64,000 nt of DNA from a virus (Duplodnaviria; Caudoviricetes): IMG/VR virus record IMGVR_UViG_3300033068_000352, positions 1,191 to 65,190 of that record; one strand, 5' to 3'. Below are positions 18,370 through 25,857 of this stretch, piece by piece. The notes beneath the pieces were generated by a model, which saw only the letters and a program-made list of their open reading frames with translations, did not search any database and was not told the DNA's origin. The first letter of the stretch is position 1. Every line of letters starts with the position of its first letter. Made by a program: the position numbers and the translations under genes.

Positions 18370-18514
18370 TCGGGATACTGGTGATCCGGCACGCAAGAAG
18401 GACGGCACTGTGTTCACGTACAGCGCCAAGTGGCTAGCGAAGCTGGGTAAGCGCTTCTACGAGCAGCGTGAGGATGTTGACGCGCGGTTTACTATTGAGG
18501 AGATTGGTAAGTGA
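18353..18514 (+). CDS. Hypothetical protein, 53 aa
   Basis: MFILVDRDTGDPARKKDGTVFTY..., found manually. Confidence 0.65.
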   Translation: MFILVDRDTGDPARKKDGTVFTYSAKWLAKLGKRFYEQREDVDARFTIEEIGK

Positions 18515-18852
18515 TGCAGGTTAGCGGAGAGTTCAAGTCTGGGAAGATCATCCCCGGTGCAAAGACTGTGCCCGGTGGAAATATCACATGGGACGGCGTT
18601 GACAGTGAAGTGTCAACGGAGCCTACGGACGAGGTGAAGAAGCGGTGGTTCTTCTGGACCAAGCTGGTAGCAGCAGGTCGTAAGCACAGCTACGCGGGCC
18701 TGCCCGAGGTCATCACGGTACGACTTGAGGATGACAACGGCGAGTTGAAGCCGGTGTACGATTACAGCGGGCGGAACGGCAAGGCGCGTGAGATTGCGCG
18801 GCGTCGGGCGAAGAACAAGGTGGCTAAGAATAGCCGAAAGGTAAATCGATAA
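18511..18852 (+). CDS. Hypothetical protein with a basic C-terminus
   Basis: ORF track; ends RRRAKNKVAKNSRKVNR. Confidence 0.7.
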   Translation: MMQVSGEFKSGKIIPGAKTVPGGNITWDGVDSEVSTEPTDEVKKRWFFWTKLVAAGRKHSYAGLPEVITVRLEDDNGELKPVYDYSGRNGKAREIARRRAKNKVAKNSRKVNR

Positions 18853-19034
18853 TGAGTTTTTTTAGTATTGAGTACATTGTGAAGGCACCGGATTTGAACA
18901 CGGCAACGGCCATGGCGCACGACAACGTGTATCTGGCCGAGATTGAGGTGGAGCAGGTGCGGGTGAAGGAAGTTGAGTCTAGCTCACGTATCCGTACGTT
19001 CAACGAGCCAGCGGAGAAGGCCCCGACCGACTAA
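18852..19034 (+). CDS. Hypothetical protein
   Basis: ORF track. Confidence 0.65.
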   Translation: MSFFSIEYIVKAPDLNTATAMAHDNVYLAEIEVEQVRVKEVESSSRIRTFNEPAEKAPTD

Positions 19035-19384
19035 TGTCGTGCATTAGGTTCGTGGGTGGCCCCGTCGGTAACGGCGGGCCACCTTTGCCTTTCTCTAGCC
19101 CAAAATCATCTATAGGCAAGTTTAGGCGACTGGTCGGTATGGCTCATTCAGCCGATTGGGAGATTAGGCAGGCGGCAGCAGGAAATCCCATGACTCCGGT
19201 TCGACAACTTATTTCACTTGCCAAGGATAAGGATATCCATGTAAGATCGTGGGTGGCTCGCAACCCAGAATGTCCTGAAGCAGTTTTGAGATACATGAGA
19301 GATAATGACAGCGAAATGTCAATACGAGAGTTTGCTAAATACGAGTTGCAGCGTCGCCAAGATGTGATAGACTCTAAAGAATAA
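19034..19384 (+). CDS. Leucine-rich-variant (LRV)/HEAT-like repeat protein
   Basis: Repeats WEIRQAAAGNPMTP and IHVRSWVARNPECP. Confidence 0.75.
   Translation: MSCIRFVGGPVGNGGPPLPFSSPKSSIGKFRRLVGMAHSADWEIRQAAAGNPMTPVRQLISLAKDKDIHVRSWVARNPECPEAVLRYMRDNDSEMSIREFAKYELQRRQDVIDSKE
19365..19373 (+). promoter_or_regulatory. Extended -10 promoter for tRNA-Trp/Met
   Basis: TGATAGACT in the context GATGTGATAG, the same context as 19767-19776. Confidence 0.55.
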
Positions 19385-19443
19385 ACACCTTGTCCTCTGG
19401 CTTGGATCGTCGGTAGGCCACCAACATCACGGCAAGGTTTTCT

Positions 19444-19515
19444 AGGCACTTAGCTCAACGGTAGAGCAGCAGTCTCCAAAACTGTAGGTCGGGAGTTCAA
19501 ATCTCTCAGTGTCTG
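19444..19515 (+). tRNA. trnW: tRNA-Trp(CCA)
   Basis: Full cloverleaf; loop CT-CCA-AA; T loop TTCAAAT. Confidence 0.92.
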
Positions 19516-19531
19516 CGCACCAATCAAACAA

Positions 19532-19604
19532 TGCGGGGTAGACCAACGGTAAGTCGCTAGCCTCATAAGCTAGGCATTTGCAGGTTCGATTCCTGTCCCC
19601 GCAA
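19532..19604 (+). tRNA. tRNA with CAT anticodon (elongator Met or Ile2)
   Basis: Cloverleaf; CTAGC-CTCATAA-GCTAG; lacks the initiator GGG/CCC stem. Confidence 0.9.
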
Positions 19605-19723
19605 CGCAACACAAAACAGTTATGGCGTCTGGTCAACTAAAACGCCCACAGGGATTGCCGACCCAACGGCATATGCGCTAGCCGCATAATAAAGTTAGAG
19701 CCTCATTCTTAGCCAGAAATACG

Positions 19724-19758
19724 GGTCGCACCCATTGGCAGGATGGGGCCTTCTTTTT
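19724..19758 (+). terminator. Probable intrinsic terminator after tRNA-Met
   Basis: CCCAT/ATGGG hairpin followed by TTCTTTTT. Confidence 0.55.
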
Positions 19759-19770
19759 GTCGTTTCGATG

Positions 19771-19779
19771 TGATAGGAT
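19771..19779 (+). promoter_or_regulatory. Extended -10 promoter for a leaderless leader peptide
   Basis: TGATAGGAT, then 6 nt, then ATG 19786. Confidence 0.7.
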
Positions 19780-19785
19780 TTAAGA

Positions 19786-19839
19786 ATGATCAAGTTTACG
19801 CAAAATCACCCGCAGCCCTTCGCGGAGGCGGTTCTTTAG
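19786..19839 (+). CDS. Putative attenuator leader peptide MIKFTQNHPQPFAEAVL
   Basis: Leaderless start; CAA AAT CAC CCG CAG CCC run; stop 28 nt before the terminator. Confidence 0.65.
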   Translation: MIKFTQNHPQPFAEAVL

Positions 19840-19866
19840 CGTATCAAGAACTTGTGACGAATAACT

Positions 19867-19903
19867 CGCCTCTTACTGTTTTCACAGTACGGGGCGTTTT
19901 TTT
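19867..19903 (+). terminator. Intrinsic terminator (attenuator) before tRNA-Asn
   Basis: CGCCTC/GGGGCG plus TACTG/CAGTA stems, then T7. Confidence 0.85.
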
Positions 19904-19917
19904 ATTTTACAACTCAA

Positions 19918-19988
19918 TCTCCATAGGTGTAAAGGCTGCATGTGTCGCTGTTAACGACTTGGACGTGGATCGTTACCACGATGGAGAG
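19918..19988 (+). tRNA. trnN: tRNA-Asn(GTT) with a non-canonical T loop
   Basis: TCTCCAT/ATGGAGA acceptor, G73, loop CT-GTT-AA, T arm CGTGG-ATCGTTA-CCACG. Confidence 0.85.
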
Positions 19989-20021
19989 CAAGGTTCGATT
20001 TTTGTGTGATAGCATTCAAGT

Positions 20022-20408
20022 ATGACATTATCAGGACAGGCGAAGCGAGATTATCAGAATAAGTGGCTACAGGAAAGAAGGAAGGCATGGATTGATTCTA
20101 GGGGTGGGAAATGTGAAAAGTGTGGTTCTCAAGAATCATTAGAGGTGGACCACATCGACCCTAAAACAAAACTAATGAATCCACGATCAATTTGGAGCAG
20201 AAATAAGGAAATCCGAGATGCGGAACTGGCCAAATGTCAGGTACTATGTAGCGAATGTCACATAGAGAAAAGCAAGCTGGATGCCTTTGTTCCCATTGAG
20301 CATGGAACATATAAGGGTTCTAGGCGTTGCAATTGTCAAGAATGCAGAAAGACCATTGCACCGTATTGGCGAGAATATAGAAAGAATAAGCAGTCCCGAT
20401 TAGCGTAA
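20022..20408 (+). CDS. HNH endonuclease inside the tRNA cluster
   Basis: CEKC...LEVDHIDP...CQVLCSECH; own TGATAGCAT-N6-ATG promoter. Confidence 0.88.
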   Translation: MTLSGQAKRDYQNKWLQERRKAWIDSRGGKCEKCGSQESLEVDHIDPKTKLMNPRSIWSRNKEIRDAELAKCQVLCSECHIEKSKLDAFVPIEHGTYKGSRRCNCQECRKTIAPYWREYRKNKQSRLA

Positions 20409-20464
20409 TGGCAGCACGACTGGCTCTGAACCAGTTAGCGGAGGATCGTCCCCTCTGTCGGGAG
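20394..20464 (+). tRNA. trnQ: tRNA-Gln(CTG) with a non-canonical T loop
   Basis: TCCCGAT/GTCGGGA acceptor; ACTGG-CTCTGAA-CCAGT; T loop ATCGTCC. Confidence 0.85.
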
Positions 20465-20479
20465 CGAACAACTGAATAA

Positions 20480-20552
20480 CCGAGCGTAGGCCAGCGGCTA
20501 GGCCACCTATTTTGGAAATAGGGGATCGGAGGTTCGAGTCCTCCCGTTTGGA
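20480..20552 (+). tRNA. trnP: tRNA-Pro(TGG)
   Basis: CCTAT-TTTGGAA-ATAGG; canonical T arm. Confidence 0.9.
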
Positions 20553-20554
20553 CT

Positions 20555-20630
20555 GCGGCCATGGCAGAATGGTAATTGCCTCCGATTGTGGATCGGATGT
20601 ACGTGGGTTTGATTCCCACTGGTCGCCCCA
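20555..20630 (+). tRNA. trnH: tRNA-His(GTG), CCA encoded
   Basis: TCCGA-TTGTGGA-TCGGA; C73 then CCA; T loop TTTGATT. Confidence 0.9.
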
Positions 20631-20648
20631 CGTAGTAGACTTGTAAAC

Positions 20649-21188
20649 ATGAGTAAAACTTTGGCAAAGCTGAGCGGTGAGTCCGTTGAGGAGCGCAGTG
20701 CCATGGACGAGCGCATCCTGTCGCATGCCCGCAAGTCTATCAGCGAGATTGCACAACTGACCGGCCTTGAACCGGGGGAGACTGCTGAGAGGCTTTCCAG
20801 ACTCTTCGAGGACCGAGGATGGCGCACTGAGCGTCAAGACGAGCGCCTGATGCTGATCGAGCTTGGCGACCTGATTACCGATGCACGCACGCGTTTGAAA
20901 AATGTCAGCGACGAGGACTATGCCGGTGTGGCTAAGATTGTGCTCGGCGCGATGCAGCAGATGGCTGACCGGTGGGACAAGCGCCGTCAGCTTGTGGAGA
21001 ACGACATTGAGAAGATTACCCTCGCCAATGCGCGTCTTTTCGGCAGGGCTTTCGATGCGGCCCTTCAGCATTTGACTGACGGCCTGAAGCAATTGCACCC
21101 GGAGATTACCGATGAGGAGATTGATACCCTCACCGACGCGGGGTTGGGCATGGCGAAGATCGTTATTGATGAGAAGGTAATCCTCTAA
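20649..21188 (+). CDS. Probable terminase small subunit
   Basis: N-terminal HTH-like segment, helical; directly upstream of the large subunit. Confidence 0.65.
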   Translation: MSKTLAKLSGESVEERSAMDERILSHARKSISEIAQLTGLEPGETAERLSRLFEDRGWRTERQDERLMLIELGDLITDARTRLKNVSDEDYAGVAKIVLGAMQQMADRWDKRRQLVENDIEKITLANARLFGRAFDAALQHLTDGLKQLHPEITDEEIDTLTDAGLGMAKIVIDEKVIL

Positions 21189-21189
21189 T

Positions 21190-22842
21190 ATGAGCGATTA
21201 CATCTCCAACGTCATCGACGGGGCGATGGCACTGCGCCATAAGCGAAAGAGGCTGAAGCAATACGAGCACGACCCGGCTTTGTGGGCATGGGAGTATCTT
21301 GGTTTGCAGTTGTGGTCCCAGCAGAAGGAGATTGCTGTCTCCGTGCGCGACAACCGTGCTACGGCGGTGGCGGCGGGCCATGGTGTGGGTAAGACCTACG
21401 TGGCAGCGATCATCTGCGCTTGGTGGGTTGACACGCACCCAGTCCGGGAAACTTTTATCGCTTCTACTGCGCCCTCTAAGGATCAGGTTGATCTTCTGTG
21501 GGATAACATCCGCACAGTCCATGCTATTGCTTCACAGCGTTTTGAGGACGGATATATTGACCACCCCTTGCCGGGTTACATCACAGGTGACAACCAGTGG
21601 AAGATGAAGGACGGAACGCGTATCGGTCAAGGCCGAAAGCCTCCAGACAACAAGGCTGATGTTGCGTTTCAGGGTCGTCACGCTAAATACCTTCTAGCTA
21701 TCGGTGATGAGGCTGTTGGCATCCCTGCTGGCTTCTTGGACGCCTTGAACAATATCGCCACCTCTGAATACAACCGTCGATTGCTTTTGGCAAACCCTAC
21801 AGACCCGTCTTGCGAGATGGCTAAGCATTGGGAGAGGGCAAAGAACGGTTGGAAAAATAAAGACGGTACTGCCATTGAGGCGTGGAACTTGATGCATATC
21901 AGTGTCATGGACTCCCCAGCCATTACCAACGAAGAAGGTTTCGACATGGAGAATGCTTCTGCGCTCTCCGGTTGGGATTATGTCAACGAGCGTAAGGCTG
22001 AATGGGGCGAGGACGACCCTCGCTATATCTCCCGTGTACTGGGGCAGTGGGCTTGGGAGTCAGGTAATATGGTGTTCTCTGAGGAGGACATTGCTACGGC
22101 CAAGAACACTTGTGTCATCCCAGACGATCTGGCACCTGTAAGGTTCGGTATCGACGTGGCGCGCTCGCCCAAGGGTGACTTCACTGTCGTTTACCGCTGT
22201 CAGGAGGGGGACGTATGGTTCACCGATGGTGAGACTGGTCATCCGACTGAGCCTGCTGGTTGGCGTGGAGAGCATGTACGCAGGGTGGATCGATGGAAGG
22301 GTGCCCCGCTTACCGGTAGCAATCCTGACAACATGGGTTCCGACTATCGCATTGATGCTCTTGCTAATGAGTGGGGAGCCACGGTGCTGAACATCGACGC
22401 GGCTGGTGGTTATGGTCAGGGAGTGAAAGATGGTCTTGTAGAGATTGACAACCCGCAGTACATCAGCGTAGAGGTGTGGGGCGGTTCCCCGGATGTTGAT
22501 AGGCGCGTCTATACCAACGCCCGTTCGTTTAACTTTTTCGAACTGAAACGCAAGATGCACAACCACCTTCTGGATATCGACCCCGGAGATGCCGACCTAA
22601 TCGAGGAGTACCGTGGCATCATGTTCGAGCACGATAGTGCTGCTCGCATTAAGATCGAATCGAAGGATGACATGAAGAAGGCCGGTAAGAAGTCTCCTGA
22701 CCATGCGGATGCAACGTGGTATGCGTGCATGGATATCAGCCATCTTTTTGCACCCGTCAAGCCGGGAGATGTTGTCGGGTGGGATCAGGATGAGGGAATT
22801 GATGAGTATTCCGGGTTCTACCAGATGAATTTCGGGTGGTAG
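21190..22842 (+). CDS. terL: Terminase large subunit
   Basis: Walker A AGHGVGKT, Walker B AIGDEA, nuclease motifs FGIDVAR and KSPDHADA. Confidence 0.95.
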   Translation: MSDYISNVIDGAMALRHKRKRLKQYEHDPALWAWEYLGLQLWSQQKEIAVSVRDNRATAVAAGHGVGKTYVAAIICAWWVDTHPVRETFIASTAPSKDQVDLLWDNIRTVHAIASQRFEDGYIDHPLPGYITGDNQWKMKDGTRIGQGRKPPDNKADVAFQGRHAKYLLAIGDEAVGIPAGFLDALNNIATSEYNRRLLLANPTDPSCEMAKHWERAKNGWKNKDGTAIEAWNLMHISVMDSPAITNEEGFDMENASALSGWDYVNERKAEWGEDDPRYISRVLGQWAWESGNMVFSEEDIATAKNTCVIPDDLAPVRFGIDVARSPKGDFTVVYRCQEGDVWFTDGETGHPTEPAGWRGEHVRRVDRWKGAPLTGSNPDNMGSDYRIDALANEWGATVLNIDAAGGYGQGVKDGLVEIDNPQYISVEVWGGSPDVDRRVYTNARSFNFFELKRKMHNHLLDIDPGDADLIEEYRGIMFEHDSAARIKIESKDDMKKAGKKSPDHADATWYACMDISHLFAPVKPGDVVGWDQDEGIDEYSGFYQMNFGW

Positions 22843-22898
22843 TCAGTCAATTTTATATCTAAAACGATATAAAAAGTGAATAATGCTAGAATTGACCT

Positions 22899-24416
22899 AT
22901 GACAAGGCTTGCTGGCTACCAGACTAGAGACGCGCGCTCTAACTCTCTAGAAGAGTTCATTACCCAGAGCGACATTATGATGGAGAGCTACGCCGATGCG
23001 GCAGCTTCTCTATTGAGCCTACGTGCAGAGGATGTTGGCTGGATTCCGTTAAACCGTCTTGACAAGGAAGACGGTTTTGAACTGGAGGCGTTGCAGGAGA
23101 TTGCTCAGCATGCAGAGCTTCAAGCGACTGGCAATCCGCTGCTGAAGCGGGGCTTCACTCTGCGACGGGACAATGTGTTCGGTCGGGGCGTCTCTTTCGA
23201 GGGTAAGATTCCGCCACGGTTCAAAGAGATTCTGGAGGACCCTGACAACTACGAAGTGCTTTTCAGCGAGGGTGCTTTTGAGCGCAATGAGAGGTCAGCG
23301 TTCATCTGCGGCAACCTGTTGATGTGCTACGACACCGAGGACAACACTTTCTTCCCTATCGCATTTGACGAGGTTTCCAACTTCGCCTCCGACCCTAACC
23401 AGAAGTCCAAAGTACATTACTACGAGCGTAGCTACGTCAAGATCGACCCAGTGACCAACAGGCCGCAGTCAGAGCCAACAGTTGAGTGGTACCCGGTTCT
23501 GGAGCGCTGGGAGAAGCGTGGCACCAAGCCGCTACTTACCACTATCGCCAACCACCCGGTCATTGGCACCAAATTGATTATCGACTTCAAGGTCAACACG
23601 GTCAACGGCCACGTCTGGGGAGTTCCGGACTGCCTTCCAGCTATGCCGTATGCTTGGGCTCACGCCGAGTACATCCGTGATGCTTCCAAGGTACTAAAAG
23701 CTCTGGCCACGATTATCTGGAAGGTTGTAGCCAAGTCCAAGGCTAATACCCTGAACGCTGCTGCTAAGATCGCAAAGCCTAAGCAGATGGCCTCTACCGC
23801 CGCTATGACTGAGGGCACCGATCTGGTGTCTATGCCTAAGGCTGGTCAGGTGGATATGAAGGACGGCTTCTCTATTCTCGCCTATGTGGCGTCCGCTCTG
23901 GAGGTGTCTGCGGTGGCGCTGTCGTCCGATAGTGGAGCGTCCAGCGGTTCCAACGGCGCAGAGGTTACGCTGGACGGCCCTAGCGCCAATGCGGCCCGTG
24001 CTCGTCAGAACTTGTGGACCTCTTTCTACAAGCGCATCTACCGTGCTGTCGGCGTAAAGGACATTACCGTACAGTGGCCTAAGATTCAGGAGGAGCCGGT
24101 GTACCGTCAGGTGCAGGGCTTCCAGATCGGTTTCGCCTATGGTGGTCTTCATCAGGACGAGTACCGCGCCGCCGTGCTGGAGGCACTGGATATCACACCA
24201 CTGCACGTTGGCGTGCCGGAGCCTAGCCCATTCACAACGGCTGCAATCTACAGCATGGAGGCTGAGAAGCTGAATGCCGAGAAGGCCCAGCAGGACGCTG
24301 CCGCTAGGGCCGCTGGCAATGTTCAGGGCCAAGGCGTGAGCAAGCCCGCTGGTGCCGCTCTGGGGTCAGACAATACGAACCGGGACGCTTCAAGAACTCC
24401 GGGTACGGGTAGCTAA
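22899..24416 (+). CDS. Portal protein
   Basis: Position and size; WGVPD..PA..YA..H motif. Confidence 0.88.
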   Translation: MTRLAGYQTRDARSNSLEEFITQSDIMMESYADAAASLLSLRAEDVGWIPLNRLDKEDGFELEALQEIAQHAELQATGNPLLKRGFTLRRDNVFGRGVSFEGKIPPRFKEILEDPDNYEVLFSEGAFERNERSAFICGNLLMCYDTEDNTFFPIAFDEVSNFASDPNQKSKVHYYERSYVKIDPVTNRPQSEPTVEWYPVLERWEKRGTKPLLTTIANHPVIGTKLIIDFKVNTVNGHVWGVPDCLPAMPYAWAHAEYIRDASKVLKALATIIWKVVAKSKANTLNAAAKIAKPKQMASTAAMTEGTDLVSMPKAGQVDMKDGFSILAYVASALEVSAVALSSDSGASSGSNGAEVTLDGPSANAARARQNLWTSFYKRIYRAVGVKDITVQWPKIQEEPVYRQVQGFQIGFAYGGLHQDEYRAAVLEALDITPLHVGVPEPSPFTTAAIYSMEAEKLNAEKAQQDAAARAAGNVQGQGVSKPAGAALGSDNTNRDASRTPGTGS

Positions 24417-24454
24417 CACTGGTATTGCCAATCAAATATGGTAGTATTAGATCA

Positions 24455-25411
24455 ATGAGTAATGTTCGGTTTCACGAGTCTGGGTCTTTGGTCGCGGCCA
24501 AGGCCGACTCTGGCGTGTTCCCCATCCGGATCATCACTGAGGGCAAGGGGTCTTCTGCCACCTATCGGGCTGACGTTCTGAAGACCTACGCCGAGGCGTT
24601 CAACAACTCCCCCAGCTACATGAACCACCCGCTTGATCTGAACAAGCCGTGGGAGCGCGACGTTACCACCATTGCGGGCAAGATCGTTTCCGAGGTGCGC
24701 TACGAGGAGAAGAACGGCGTGGCCGGACTTTATGCGGACCTTGAGGTGGACGACCGCTGGGTCAGCTTCGTGGAGAAGTACTCAGATGTTGTGGGCCTTT
24801 CCGTTTACATCGAGGGCAGTTCGAAAGAGGAGAACGGCGAAGTTTTCGCTGAGAGCTTCAACGGTTCAGACCCGTACAAGTCTGTAGATTTCGTGGTCGC
24901 TGCTGGACGTGGTGGCCGCGTGGAACGAGCAATGGAGTCGTTCCGAGCTATTGAATCTTCCGTGGGGAAACCTGACGGTAAGCCGGACAATAATTCGTTG
25001 TCGGGAACAGAAAAGGGAAAAATGGATAAGGAAACACTCGACGCGATTAATGCCGCTGTCGCAGAGGCCCTTAAGCCGGTTTCAACTTTTATTGCCGAGT
25101 TCAACACTGATAAGGACGCCAAGCTTCAGGCTAACGTCGATCAGGCTGCTGTTGATGCTCAGGTCGCTGAGCGCCTTTCCGCGTATAAGGAGAAGGAGAA
25201 GCTGATTGAGTCGGCTGGCCTGTTCCCGTCGCAGATTGAGGCGATCAAGGCTGAGGCTCTGAAGGGTGCAGATGTTGCGCCTTTGATCGAGTCGGCTAAG
25301 AAGGTTGTTGACGAGGCTAAGGATGCTTCCAATGTAAATGGTGAAACTCTCCGTATCGGTGAGTCCGCCAAGGATGAAGACTGGTCGATGCCCGGAGTGA
25401 GGTTCAACTAA
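24455..25411 (+). CDS. Capsid maturation protease fused to a scaffold domain
   Basis: YMNH, GLS and SVDFVVAAGRGG motifs; Ala/Glu/Lys-rich helical C-terminus. Confidence 0.88.
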   Translation: MSNVRFHESGSLVAAKADSGVFPIRIITEGKGSSATYRADVLKTYAEAFNNSPSYMNHPLDLNKPWERDVTTIAGKIVSEVRYEEKNGVAGLYADLEVDDRWVSFVEKYSDVVGLSVYIEGSSKEENGEVFAESFNGSDPYKSVDFVVAAGRGGRVERAMESFRAIESSVGKPDGKPDNNSLSGTEKGKMDKETLDAINAAVAEALKPVSTFIAEFNTDKDAKLQANVDQAAVDAQVAERLSAYKEKEKLIESAGLFPSQIEAIKAEALKGADVAPLIESAKKVVDEAKDASNVNGETLRIGESAKDEDWSMPGVRFN

Positions 25412-25848
25412 TGGCTCTTAATATGATTCACAAGTACACCAAGACTGAGGTTTGGCCTGTAGTCTCCGGCGTCGTTTCGGGTGATGCTGTCACCTCTATC
25501 AATGGCCAGCCCGGAGTTGCGCTTACTTCTCGCGGTGACGCGGTTAAGAGCTTTACTGTTGGCCCGTACACGATCAGCGGTATTCCTTCCGGTGGTGTTG
25601 GCAACAACACGGCTGAGGCTACTGTGGCTATCGACGGCGCGTTCGCGTTTGATGTTACTGGCGTTACCGCTGCTACCCCGAAGAATACGATTGTGTATTC
25701 CGAGGGCGCTGCCGGTGCTGATGTGACTTCGCTTACGCTTACTGCCAGCACCAACCTCCCGTTCGGTAAAATCGACCGTGTTATCGGTGAGACTGGGGTT
25801 ACTCAGGCTTCCGTGTGGCTTGGCGACTTTACCGGGGATGCGACCTAA
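25411..25848 (+). CDS. Capsid decoration/cement protein
   Basis: Between protease and capsid; Gly/Val/Thr-rich beta protein. Confidence 0.7.
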   Translation: MALNMIHKYTKTEVWPVVSGVVSGDAVTSINGQPGVALTSRGDAVKSFTVGPYTISGIPSGGVGNNTAEATVAIDGAFAFDVTGVTAATPKNTIVYSEGAAGADVTSLTLTASTNLPFGKIDRVIGETGVTQASVWLGDFTGDAT

Positions 25849-25857
25849 GGATAAATT

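Noticed and set aside
19516-20640. HDV-like ribozymes at tRNA 3' ends
   Set aside because: Trailers are short or A/C-rich, with no nested pseudoknot visible.
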